From contig PLYR01000104.1 in assembly GCA_003153435.1 (NCBI GenBank), forward strand, positions 2,796-66,795: DNA of 64,000 nucleotides. Direction: 5' to 3'. The position numbers were made by a program, and so were the translations under genes. Of the stretch, positions 54,986 through 64,000 are shown in pieces. The notes below the pieces were generated by a model. The model was given only the letters and a program-made list of their open reading frames with translations. It did no database searches and was not told the DNA's origin. Each line of letters opens with the position of its first letter. The stretch's first letter is position 1. This DNA is from Bacteroidota bacterium. Lineage in GTDB: Bacteria; Bacteroidota; Bacteroidia; Palsa-965.

Positions 54986-57900
54986 ATGAATAAAAGGATT
55001 TTTTCTCATATCATTCTTTTGTGGGGAATTATCTTTTTCTTACAGATTCCTCTTCATGCCCAAAATGATCTGAGTTCAGAGGAAGCGCTTCGAAAGGAAG
55101 CCCAGAAAGTCTTTGATGATGAGGACTACCCAACAGCCCTGAAATACTACCTGCGCCTTCTAAGCGCCAATATTAAAGATCCTCTCTATAACTACCGCTA
55201 TGGGGTTTGCCTGCTCGAAGCCTCTGCCGATAAAGAAGAGGCCATAAAATATATGGAGAAGGCTGTTAAAGACCCTTCACTCGACAAAGAAGTTTTTTAC
55301 TATTACGGTCGTGCGCTCCAGCTTAGTTATCGTTTCAACGACGCCATTAACGCCTATTCCAAATACAAATCACTCGTTTCAGAATCCAAAGCAAAAAAAC
55401 TGCAGATCGATCATCTCATCGAAACCTGTCATAACGGGAAAACCCTTCTTCGAAAAATAACTGATATTCAAGTAATTGATAAGAAAAATCTGGAAGAAAA
55501 AGATTTCTTCAGATCCTACGACCTGTCTGATATCGGCGGTCGCTTGCTCATCAAGCCGGATGATTTCCGCACCGGGCTGGATAAAAAGAAAAAGGATAAC
55601 TCCATCATTTTCCTTTCTCCCGATAAGAATGAAATCTACTTTTCCAGCTATGGAAGCAGTGACGAAAACGGGAAAGACATCTATGTAATTACAAGGCTAC
55701 CCAGTGGAGAATACGGCAAACCGGTATCTCTTGGATATCCTATCAACACGGAATTTGATGAAGATTATCCATTTCTGCATCCCAATGGAATGGTGCTTTA
55801 TTTTGCCTCCAAGGGACATAACAGCATGGGTGGATATGATATTTTCAAATCTGAAAGAAACTCTGAAACCGGAGCCTGGGGAAAGCCTGTCAACCTTGAT
55901 TTTCCAATCAGCACCCCGGATGATGACATCCTTTTTGTTACCGATAAAGACGAAAAGACGGCTTATTTTGCTTCCCGTAGGGCGAGCGAAAAAGGGAGGA
56001 TCGATGTATACCATATCAATCTCCAGCGAAAACCGGTGGATGTTTGTGTCTTTAAAGGAACCTTCTTGCCATTGGATGGAAAGAGTAAGGCCGCAAAGAT
56101 TACAGTCAAAAATGTAGATATCAACGAAGTTGAAGCGGTACTAAGTGCGAGTGAAGCGCTGGGGGAGTATACCTACAATCTTCCTAACGGAGGAAAATTT
56201 GTAGTCACTGTGGAGACTGCAGAAGGGGATATCCAATCGGATGTTCTGATGATTCCTCAGCAATTTGAAACTGTTCCGATCCGTCAGGAAATTACATACA
56301 TCGATGGAAAGCTGCATGTAAACACCTTCTTCGGGGAAAACCATGGGGAAGATGATAAATACAGTTTGGTTACAGAACTGATTAAGGAGAAGGCCAGGAT
56401 GGATGTGAACCTATCAAAAGCGGCAGTTGAAGCTACACAATCAGCAACTGAAAAAGCGGACTCTGCACGGGTTGCAGATTCAACGCTCACTGCCTCCAAA
56501 CTTCCTCAAAAGCATTTGTCGAACGAAGACCTTATAAAAATAGCTGATCAGGATGCAGCGGATCTGGACAAAGAGGCTAAGGATTTAAGAGAAGCGGCTG
56601 ATAAGGCTCTACAGATTGTTAATGACAAGAATATCAAAGTCCAGGACGAAGGTAAAAAGCTTCAGGAAGCGAATGATGCTTTAACCGCCGCTACCGATGC
56701 AGGAGATAAACAGATTCAGGCAGCCAGGGTGGATTTACTGCAAAATCAGCGAAACAATGCGGAAATCGAAGCTGTGGGTGCCAACAACTTTTTCAATACA
56801 CTCGATTCAGAAGCTTCCCGGAAGAAGAAGGAAGCTGATCTGAGTAAACAATATGCTGCTGATCTGGCAGCTGCCATAAAGTCGAATTCAAAAGATGCAA
56901 TGACAAAGCTGGATGCACAAAAAGAGGAGCTGGACAAGTTTACTGAAGATAAATCAAAAGAGGATGACCCGGTGACAGCCATCCGCAAAGAAGCCGCCGC
57001 CAAACAGAAAGAAGAGAACTCAGCCAGAGAGGAATCAGCTTCTATCAGAGAGGAAATTAAAGGTATGGAAGCGGAAGTAGAAAACCTGGGCAGAGAAGAA
57101 GGGGCCACCACCAATCCTCAGCTCAAGGAAGGGCTAAAGGGACAGATTAGTGGCTTAAAAGAAGACATCATTAAAAAGAAAAACGACCTTACTACGAATG
57201 ACCTGAAAGTTGGAAAATTGCAGAAAGAAGCAGAAAACCTGAATAGTCAGGCATCGTTAGTGTATCAAATGAATGAACAGATCAAATCCGGTCAGGTGCC
57301 GGTTAGTTCAGAGGCCATTGATAAAGATAAACTCAATCAACAGATCAGTACTTATCATCCCAAAGTACTTTCAACCACTGTTAACTCTGACCAGGCTCTT
57401 GTTCATGATACTTCCAGAGTCATTACAGAAACACCAGGTGATAGTACTTTAAGATCTTCAGTAGTAAAAGAGGATAAAGTCAAAAAGGACTCAGAAAAAG
57501 ACAGTCAGGGTAAATATGTAGAACAGGAAGCCTCCTTTACCAAGGCCATTGCTGATGCCGATAACAAAACAGGAGATCTCGAAAAAGAACAGGCCAAAGC
57601 AGAGGCTTACAAACAATGGTCTGATGCAATCAGTCACCGTATAGAGGACAAGAACACCGAACTGAAAGCCACCACAGACCCAACAAGACAAAGTCAGTTG
57701 AATGAGGTCATCACCGCACTCACCAAGGAAAAAGAAGAGAAACAACACCAGGCAGATGAAAGTCTTGACAAAGTAAACAAACTTAAACAGGCTCCACCGG
57801 TTGCGGCATCCGAGGCTGATTATGCCCGTCATTACGAAAACAGAATCGCTACTCTGGATTCTACCTCTGGCAAGCCGGCTCAAGCCCAGGCAAAGGCCGA

Positions 57901-60900
57901 AATCTATAAAGATTGGGCCTCTGCGATCCGGAATGATGCTACCAAGAAGAAGACGGAGATGGAAGCAAGTAAGGACCCTTCCGAAAAAGCTAAACTAAAA
58001 GAAGAAATTGCCCAGCTTGAAAAAGATGCAGAAACAAAAGAAACAACCCAAAAAGAATTACTCGCCTCTGTTCCTGTAAAACAAAAGGAGGAAGACCATC
58101 AAACAGAAGAGCCTGCTACTGTAAATGCCGCAGTGTATAAAAACAAGCTCACTGCCGTGGAGTCCTTGCCAACACAGGAATCTAAAGACTCCGCCAAGGC
58201 ACAGATATACCAGGAATGGGCGGCTTCTTTAAATCAGGATTTGAAAACCCGGAAAGAAAAACTGACCAGCATCATCGAGCCCGACAAGAAGAAGGCAGAA
58301 GAAAAGGCAATTTCTGAGTTGGAAACGGAAGTAACAAGTAAAAACGAAGAAGCAGCCAGATTAACGGAAATTGTGGCCGATCGCAAAACACGCCCGGTGA
58401 ATACGACTGCTCTCGCACCGACCGACACTGCATCTCAAACAAGAGCCCATTCTACCGAACCGGCTGTAACCAAAACGGGTACTGAGCCAGCCGTAGTTAA
58501 AACAACAGCAGTCCTGCCTCCGGTTAAGAAGGCCGTTGACCCTTCTTATCCCTTAACCTCCCCGTCTTCCGTTGCAACCAATGAAGAGCGGAAGCAGCTT
58601 GAAACGGAAGCCGCAATTCTGAAAATCCGGGCCGACACAGCAAGGGCCCAGGCCGATAAACTCTCAGGCCCGGAGCATGATGCCAAACAAAAGGAATCGG
58701 AAGATCTTTACAAGGCTTTCAGCATGAAGGAGTATGATGCTTCCAATGCAGGGGCTAAGGTGAGCTTGATGGAATATGGGGCTAATGAACAGAAGCTGAA
58801 TCAATATGAATTAAAGACCAATACCTCCACAGATCCCGCACTTACCCAGGCGGAGACCTTTACAGATGCAGCCAAAGCATTTTATGCTAAAGCCAAAGAA
58901 CAAAGAGAAGCTGCCCAAAAAACGGATAACCCGAAATTAAGGGAGGAGAATATTAAGCTCGCTGAAGAAAATGAAAACCATGCCATAGAGAGCCAGTCGA
59001 AAGCGCTCAAAATATACGAATCGTCCTTTCCTGATCTGGTGATTCGTGCCGCTGCTGAACCCCGGCATGTCCGTGTAGACAGCACCCTGGATGATGATGC
59101 AATCATTGCAGCCAGAGTAGCTGCTGCTAAAAAAGAACATGATGCCGCAACCGGTCACAAAGATGAGAATGGGCATAAGGATGATGTTAAAACAGCTCCC
59201 GTAGTCGTTGCTAGTCATACAGACGAAAACAAGACTGGAGTAGGTACGGATCACACCGTAGTTACGACTTCGCATACGGATGAAAATAAGAACCCCGGTC
59301 ACACCGAAGCGGTGGAAACGAAACACACGGATCATACGGAAGCTTCAGAGCCAAACCATACAGGGGGAAGCGACAGCGCTAAATCAGAACATGCCGCGAT
59401 TGTTGTACCAAGCCATACAAGAGAAGAAGATTCCGTAGCAACAGCAAGGAAAGTGGAAGTAACTGCAAAAGTAGCTACTCTGAAAGCAGAAGAAGATGTT
59501 TTCCTGGAAGCAGCTACAGCTAATAATCATCAGGCCGATGATGTTCAGATTGAAGGACAGCGACTGGCGAGGGAATCGGGCAAAATGAATAATGACAATT
59601 CGAATATGCCGGATGATGCAAGCAAGGAAGCGGCGAGGACACTATCGAAGGAATATGAGGAACGTGCAAAGCAGAATTTCGCTAAGGCAGATTCTATCAG
59701 AGCGGTAGCGCAGGACTTTAACCGAAAGGCACAAGAGAAAAAGAAAGAACGGGAAGACCTGATGGTATCTCTGGATCCGAACTATAAGCGATCAACACCT
59801 GTCAAAACGGATAAGACAGAAGTGGGTTCAATAACAATAAATAAGGAAACACCTGTAGGAGATAAAAATCCCGTTTCGGAACCGAGAACAGGCACTAAAC
59901 TGGTGGGTGGCTTGGTCAAGGAAACATTCCTGATCGCGACTTCAGCGTCTGTGCCAAAGCAGATCGAGCTGGATCCTAAGATGCCCGAAGGTCTTGTGTT
60001 TAAGGTACAGATTGGGGCTTTCAAACGTACACTGAGTGGTGATGAATTCAAGGGGGTGCGCCCGCTTACCGGGGAGACCACTACCAAAGGATTTATCCGT
60101 TATACCGCCGGCCTCTTCTCCAAATTTGAATCAGCCGATAAAGCTAAAAAATCAATTCAGGCACTTGGATTCAAGGATGCCTTTGTGGTGGCATTCCTAA
60201 ATGGAAAACGCATTTCTGTTGCCGATGCGCAGACGATGATCAGGACCGGAGAAATTCCTGCATCGGTGCTTGGAGGCGGAACTACACCTCCGGTTGCTGA
60301 TGGTGGTAATCATACTGTGGCAGATGGAGGCAATCACACTCCAGCAGTAGAAAGTCATCAAGGGAATGATCAGCTGCCGGCAGTCACCCATACAAACCCG
60401 GGTGCTATTGCCAAGTCGACTCCGGTTACAGGGGTGAGTGGATTGTTTTATGCAGTTCAGATCGGGGTTTATTCCAAACCGGTGAGCAATGAGAAAATTT
60501 ATGGGATTCAGCCTTTGAATACCGAAACGCTGGAAAATGGAAATCTAAGATACACCAGTGGTCAATACGCAGATCCTCTCAAGGCAGAGGAAGCTAAGCG
60601 GAAGATTGTGGAACTGGGCATTAAGGATGCATTCGTGGTGGCTTATAAGGATGGGAAACGGGTAGGGCAGGGAGGTGCAGCAAGAGCGGTGACACCTGCT
60701 GCTGTTCCTGCGAAGAAATCTGAAACGGAACCCGGTGAAGTAAAACCGAATACCCCCGCCATAGATAAAAAACTTTCACACCACAAAAGCGTTATTCCAA
60801 CGGCATCTACTGTAACCGATGTTAAACCTGGTGATTTCAGCCGTTATGATAACAAAGAAATTCCGATGGTGAAAGGGGATACTGGTGTTGTGTTTAAAGT

Positions 60901-61144
60901 TCAGATCGGTGCATTCAAGGAGCAGGTTCCGATTGAGATTGCTAATAAATTCATTTTACTGGCCAAAAGAGGAGTCAAAAACTTCACCGATGAAAACGGG
61001 TTAACTGTTTATACCATCGGCATCGTAACCAGCTATGATGATGCCGTCTTCCTCAAAGAAGAGGCTATAGCCAAAGGTATTCCGGATGCCTTCATCCTGG
61101 CCTACAAGGACGGGAAAAAGGTATCTGTTTCCGATGTGAAATAA
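54986..61144 (+). CDS. Giant secreted TPR + PD40 + coiled-coil + triple SPOR-like protein (~2050 aa)
   Basis: Signal peptide LHA|Q; TPR; PD40 (LGYPINTEFDEDYPFLHP, GHNSMGGYDIF); >1000 aa E/K/A-rich stalk; three [FY]xVQIGx[FY]...DAFVV domains. Confidence 0.88.
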   Translation: MNKRIFSHIILLWGIIFFLQIPLHAQNDLSSEEALRKEAQKVFDDEDYPTALKYYLRLLSANIKDPLYNYRYGVCLLEASADKEEAIKYMEKAVKDPSLDKEVFYYYGRALQLSYRFNDAINAYSKYKSLVSESKAKKLQIDHLIETCHNGKTLLRKITDIQVIDKKNLEEKDFFRSYDLSDIGGRLLIKPDDFRTGLDKKKKDNSIIFLSPDKNEIYFSSYGSSDENGKDIYVITRLPSGEYGKPVSLGYPINTEFDEDYPFLHPNGMVLYFASKGHNSMGGYDIFKSERNSETGAWGKPVNLDFPISTPDDDILFVTDKDEKTAYFASRRASEKGRIDVYHINLQRKPVDVCVFKGTFLPLDGKSKAAKITVKNVDINEVEAVLSASEALGEYTYNLPNGGKFVVTVETAEGDIQSDVLMIPQQFETVPIRQEITYIDGKLHVNTFFGENHGEDDKYSLVTELIKEKARMDVNLSKAAVEATQSATEKADSARVADSTLTASKLPQKHLSNEDLIKIADQDAADLDKEAKDLREAADKALQIVNDKNIKVQDEGKKLQEANDALTAATDAGDKQIQAARVDLLQNQRNNAEIEAVGANNFFNTLDSEASRKKKEADLSKQYAADLAAAIKSNSKDAMTKLDAQKEELDKFTEDKSKEDDPVTAIRKEAAAKQKEENSAREESASIREEIKGMEAEVENLGREEGATTNPQLKEGLKGQISGLKEDIIKKKNDLTTNDLKVGKLQKEAENLNSQASLVYQMNEQIKSGQVPVSSEAIDKDKLNQQISTYHPKVLSTTVNSDQALVHDTSRVITETPGDSTLRSSVVKEDKVKKDSEKDSQGKYVEQEASFTKAIADADNKTGDLEKEQAKAEAYKQWSDAISHRIEDKNTELKATTDPTRQSQLNEVITALTKEKEEKQHQADESLDKVNKLKQAPPVAASEADYARHYENRIATLDSTSGKPAQAQAKAEIYKDWASAIRNDATKKKTEMEASKDPSEKAKLKEEIAQLEKDAETKETTQKELLASVPVKQKEEDHQTEEPATVNAAVYKNKLTAVESLPTQESKDSAKAQIYQEWAASLNQDLKTRKEKLTSIIEPDKKKAEEKAISELETEVTSKNEEAARLTEIVADRKTRPVNTTALAPTDTASQTRAHSTEPAVTKTGTEPAVVKTTAVLPPVKKAVDPSYPLTSPSSVATNEERKQLETEAAILKIRADTARAQADKLSGPEHDAKQKESEDLYKAFSMKEYDASNAGAKVSLMEYGANEQKLNQYELKTNTSTDPALTQAETFTDAAKAFYAKAKEQREAAQKTDNPKLREENIKLAEENENHAIESQSKALKIYESSFPDLVIRAAAEPRHVRVDSTLDDDAIIAARVAAAKKEHDAATGHKDENGHKDDVKTAPVVVASHTDENKTGVGTDHTVVTTSHTDENKNPGHTEAVETKHTDHTEASEPNHTGGSDSAKSEHAAIVVPSHTREEDSVATARKVEVTAKVATLKAEEDVFLEAATANNHQADDVQIEGQRLARESGKMNNDNSNMPDDASKEAARTLSKEYEERAKQNFAKADSIRAVAQDFNRKAQEKKKEREDLMVSLDPNYKRSTPVKTDKTEVGSITINKETPVGDKNPVSEPRTGTKLVGGLVKETFLIATSASVPKQIELDPKMPEGLVFKVQIGAFKRTLSGDEFKGVRPLTGETTTKGFIRYTAGLFSKFESADKAKKSIQALGFKDAFVVAFLNGKRISVADAQTMIRTGEIPASVLGGGTTPPVADGGNHTVADGGNHTPAVESHQGNDQLPAVTHTNPGAIAKSTPVTGVSGLFYAVQIGVYSKPVSNEKIYGIQPLNTETLENGNLRYTSGQYADPLKAEEAKRKIVELGIKDAFVVAYKDGKRVGQGGAARAVTPAAVPAKKSETEPGEVKPNTPAIDKKLSHHKSVIPTASTVTDVKPGDFSRYDNKEIPMVKGDTGVVFKVQIGAFKEQVPIEIANKFILLAKRGVKNFTDENGLTVYTIGIVTSYDDAVFLKEEAIAKGIPDAFILAYKDGKKVSVSDVK

Positions 61145-61180
61145 GTAGTACCGGAATTTTGAATTTTGCCTGAAGCCGGG

Positions 61181-61188
61181 TAATTTTG
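61181..61188 (+). promoter_or_regulatory. -7 element (TAATTTTG) for clpS
   Basis: Overlaps the ORF-track TTG start, supporting ATG 61216. Confidence 0.6.
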
Positions 61189-61215
61189 TACCTGCAAACA
61201 GCTGATCAGGAGATT

Positions 61216-61515
61216 ATGAAAAAGCATCCTTTCTTCCAAAACCCTGCTCCGGAAGTTGAGCTTCTGGAGAAAGAAGAAGTTGCAGTCAGTCCTCAGCATG
61301 CCATAATCCTCTATAACGATGACGTGAATACCTTTGAACATGTCATCGAGATGCTTATTACCTATTGCGACCACCAACCTGAACAAGCCGAACAATGTGC
61401 CTATATTGTTCATTATAACGGAAAGTGTTTAGTCAAAAACGGATCGTATGATGATCTGGTACCGGTGTGTTCTGCCTTGCTCGACCAGGGTCTGAGCGCC
61501 AAGATTGAAGCCTGA
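61216..61515 (+). CDS. clpS: ATP-dependent Clp protease adaptor ClpS
   Basis: ILYNDDVNTFEHVI, QAEQCAYIVHYNGKC, GLSAKI. Confidence 0.92.
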   Translation: MKKHPFFQNPAPEVELLEKEEVAVSPQHAIILYNDDVNTFEHVIEMLITYCDHQPEQAEQCAYIVHYNGKCLVKNGSYDDLVPVCSALLDQGLSAKIEA

Positions 61516-61635
61516 CCTTTCTGCTTGAGTAATCTTTAACTATCCAGGGTTCTTTCAGCTTATAGCCTTTAAATGGAGGTATCTGTTTGTGAATTACTAG
61601 GTCTAATATTAATTTGAATATTGGCTTCAAAAAGT

Positions 61636-61643
61636 TACTTTTG
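61636..61643 (+). promoter_or_regulatory. -7 element (TACTTTTG) for sucC
   Basis: TAnnTTTG match 26 nt upstream of ATG. Confidence 0.65.
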
Positions 61644-61669
61644 AAACTTCTTCACAAAAACAATCAGCT

Positions 61670-62881
61670 ATGAATATTCACGAATATCAGGGGAAAGGAA
61701 TTCTTAAAGGATTTGGGGTGGCAATCCAGGAAGGTATTGTTGCCGATACTCCGGAAAAGGCTGTGGATGCTGCCAAAGAACTTCAGAAGACAACAGGTAC
61801 CGGATGGTTTGTAGTGAAAGCACAGATCCATGCCGGGGGCAGAGGTAAAGGTAAGATCGTCGGATCCGAACAACGGGGTGTAGCACTTGCTAAATCTGTT
61901 GATGCGGTTAAGGAAATCTCCACGAACATCCTCGGTCATAATCTGGTAACCGCACAAACCAGTGCAACCGGAAAACTGGTAAAGAAGGTCCTCGTTGCTC
62001 AGGATGTTTATTACCCGGGTGAAACGCCAACCAAAGAATTTTATATCAGTGTACTACTGAATCGTCAAAAAGGGCGAAATATAATTATGTACTCCACAGA
62101 AGGAGGAATGAATATTGAAGAAGTTGCAGAGAAGACCCCTCACCTCATTTTTAAGGAGGAAGTGGATCCGAAGGTGGGTCTCCAGGCTTTTCAATGCCGT
62201 AAGATTGCATATAACCTGGGCCTAGAAGGAGAAGCCCTGAAGAATATGGTGAAGTTTGTGGCTTCCTTGTACAAAGCATACGAAAGTATTGATGCTTCTC
62301 TTTTCGAGATTAACCCGGTACTGAAAACATCCGACAATAAAATCATTGCGGTTGACTCAAAGGTATCGCTTGACAATAACGCTCTTTTCCGTCATCCTGA
62401 TTATGCAGCACTCCGTGATGAATCTGAAGAAGATCCAACAGAGGTTGAAGCAGGGAAACATTCCCTGAACTATGTTAAGCTGGATGGAAACGTAGGTTGT
62501 ATGGTAAACGGAGCCGGACTGGCTATGGCCACCATGGATATCATAAAACTTTCCGGAGGAGATCCTGCGAACTTCCTGGATGTGGGAGGTACCGCTAACG
62601 CAGCCAGGGTAGAACAGGCATTCCGTATCATCCTTCGGGATGAGCATGTGAAGGCCATTCTGGTGAATATTTTTGGAGGGATTGTCCGTTGCGACCGTGT
62701 CGCCCAGGGAATCGTGGATGCTTATAAAAATATGGGCACCATTCAGGTACCTATTATTGTAAGGCTTCAGGGAACGAACGCTGTAGAAGCTAAGAAAATC
62801 ATTGATGAATCAGGTCTTAAAGTTTTTTCCGCCATACAACTGCAGGATGCTGCAGATCTGGTGAAGAAAGTCCTGAATTAA
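61670..62881 (+). CDS. sucC: Succinyl-CoA ligase (ADP-forming) beta subunit
   Basis: MNIHEYQGK, KAQIHAGGRGKG, GCMVNGAGLAMATMD, NIFGGIVRCD, RLQGTN. Confidence 0.97.
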   Translation: MNIHEYQGKGILKGFGVAIQEGIVADTPEKAVDAAKELQKTTGTGWFVVKAQIHAGGRGKGKIVGSEQRGVALAKSVDAVKEISTNILGHNLVTAQTSATGKLVKKVLVAQDVYYPGETPTKEFYISVLLNRQKGRNIIMYSTEGGMNIEEVAEKTPHLIFKEEVDPKVGLQAFQCRKIAYNLGLEGEALKNMVKFVASLYKAYESIDASLFEINPVLKTSDNKIIAVDSKVSLDNNALFRHPDYAALRDESEEDPTEVEAGKHSLNYVKLDGNVGCMVNGAGLAMATMDIIKLSGGDPANFLDVGGTANAARVEQAFRIILRDEHVKAILVNIFGGIVRCDRVAQGIVDAYKNMGTIQVPIIVRLQGTNAVEAKKIIDESGLKVFSAIQLQDAADLVKKVLN

Positions 62882-62898
62882 CGCAAGCATAGAAAAGC

Positions 62899-62931
62899 AA
62901 AAAGGCTGCCTCCAATAGGGGCAGCCTTTTT
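62899..62931. terminator. Bidirectional intrinsic terminator between sucC and the convergent lipoprotein gene
   Basis: AAAAAGGCTGCCTC-caata-GGGGCAGCCTTTTT. Confidence 0.88.
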
Positions 62932-62950
62932 CGTTATGAGAGATTCTTTC

Positions 62951-63376
62951 TTATTTGATCAGTGTAAGTGATTGTTTAAGACCAGAGTTTTCCATAGAGA
63001 AAACCATTTTGCTGGCACTCAGTTCTACTACTTTAGAAACGATACCACCTTTTTCTTTCGCTGAATCTTCAACGAGGGTCATTTGTGTAGCATCATCACT
63101 CAAAGCCCATTTTCCTTTGGTTTGGTTACCCATCATTTTAACAGCGTAGGATCCGTCTTTGTTAAATTCGAAAGTGCAAGACTTCTTCATTTCTTCACAC
63201 TGAGCCTTGCTTTGTACTTCCAACACTTTTTTCAGTGAATCCGGAAGTTCTTTAGGAGCTTCTGAAGACATGTCCCCAACCTTCCAGGCTCCGGCAACAA
63301 GATCTGATTTTTTTCCACTGCAGGCTACCAGAGTAACCACTACAGCAACGAAAAGGATACTGAATACTTTTTTCAT
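62951..63376 (-). CDS. Lipocalin-like lipoprotein
   Basis: Lipobox LVAC; LVAGAWKV, FEFNKDGSY, GKWALSDD, ELSASKMV. Confidence 0.8.
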   Translation of the reverse strand: MKKVFSILFVAVVVTLVACSGKKSDLVAGAWKVGDMSSEAPKELPDSLKKVLEVQSKAQCEEMKKSCTFEFNKDGSYAVKMMGNQTKGKWALSDDATQMTLVEDSAKEKGGIVSKVVELSASKMVFSMENSGLKQSLTLIK

Positions 63377-63413
63377 TTTCTACTTAGTTTTTGGTTGAGG
63401 TTAATTTGAAGTT

Positions 63414-63421
63414 CAAATATA
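63414..63421 (-). promoter_or_regulatory. -7 element (TATATTTG)
   Basis: TAnnTTTG match 37 nt upstream of ATG 63376. Confidence 0.6.
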
Positions 63422-63472
63422 GGAATTAAGTGATTTGCAGCTTGATCTTGTGTAAAATATAGAATCAATTGG

Positions 63473-64000
63473 TCAATGGGCTTTACGATGAGGGGGGCGG
63501 CTGGAACCTTGCTTGCTGCCAGAATGGGATGATCCCGATCCTCCGCTTCCTCTGGATTGTCCTTTCCCGCCCTTTCCGAATTTTGAACGGGGTTCATAAA
63601 CAGCACCTGCTTCTAACCCTTCGGGGAGGGGTATTTTCTGAACAGATTTCTCCAGAAACTTTTCAATGCGCTGGAATTTTTCACGGTCCTTGTCATTCAC
63701 AAAAGTGATTGCAACACCGGTTGATTCAGCCCGTGCGGTACGACCAATGCGGTGGATATAGTCCTCCGCATCACCAGGCACATCGAAGTTAATGACCAGG
63801 CCTATATCGTCAATGTCAATACCACGGGAAACGATATCCGTGGCCACCAATCCCTGAATCTGACGGCTCTTGAACAGGCGCATCACATCTTCCCGTTCGC
63901 TTTGCTCCAGATCGGAGTGTATAGATCTTACACTGAGTTTTTGTTTTCTAAGTTCTGTTTCAAGGCTCTTCACCGTTTCTTTGCGGGAAGCAAAGATGAT
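63473..64000 (-). CDS. DEAD/DEAH-box RNA helicase, C-terminal part (runs off window end)
   Basis: Frame open to the window edge (IIFASRK); IHSDLEQ, VATDIVSRGID, YIHRIGRTARA; G/S/K-rich tail. Confidence 0.93.
   Translation of the reverse strand: MIFASRKETVKSLETELRKQKLSVRSIHSDLEQSEREDVMRLFKSRQIQGLVATDIVSRGIDIDDIGLVINFDVPGDAEDYIHRIGRTARAESTGVAITFVNDKDREKFQRIEKFLEKSVQKIPLPEGLEAGAVYEPRSKFGKGGKGQSRGSGGSGSSHSGSKQGSSRPPHRKAH

Noticed and set aside
61670..62881. sucC without sucD, and a lone dppB-like permease at 46829, as signs of gene loss
   Set aside because: Split operons are common in Bacteroidota and the partners probably lie outside the window.
1..64000. Mobile elements, prophage or defence systems
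   Set aside because: No transposase, integrase, phage structural, restriction-modification or toxin-antitoxin motifs were recognised; the remaining short ORFs are antisense or out-of-frame shadows of real genes.

Overview
Gene-dense, housekeeping-dominated chromosomal segment of a Bacteroidota (Bacteroidetes) bacterium. The phylum call rests on many TAnnTTTG -7 promoter elements, a SusC/SusD pair, T9SS C-terminal domains, Gln after signal-peptide cleavage sites and no obvious Shine-Dalgarno motifs. About 55 CDS include rlmD, rocD, a maf/ubiA/kdsC cluster, a System I* ccmBCDEF cytochrome c maturation operon, ssb, susCD, recN, fabI, two USPs, folP, tpiA, prmA, plsY, clpS, sucC and a partial DEAD-box helicase. 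I found no rRNA, tRNA, IS element or CRISPR array. Best candidates for undescribed biology: (1) a short ssb divergent from a Cys4 zinc-ribbon gene, with a helically phased array of overlapping CGTTTRYAAACG palindromes between them; (2) a ~2050-aa TPR/PD40/coiled-coil/triple-SPOR-like envelope protein, its short paralog, and a nearby 1490-aa secreted protein with an embedded winged-helix-like segment; (3) a degenerate 21/42-bp tandem array between convergent genes; (4) a T9SS cargo with a Cys/His domain ahead of an internal signal peptide; (5) paired CRP/FNR-like boxes upstream of a USP gene. All calls come from reading the sequence and recalling families; no searches were run.
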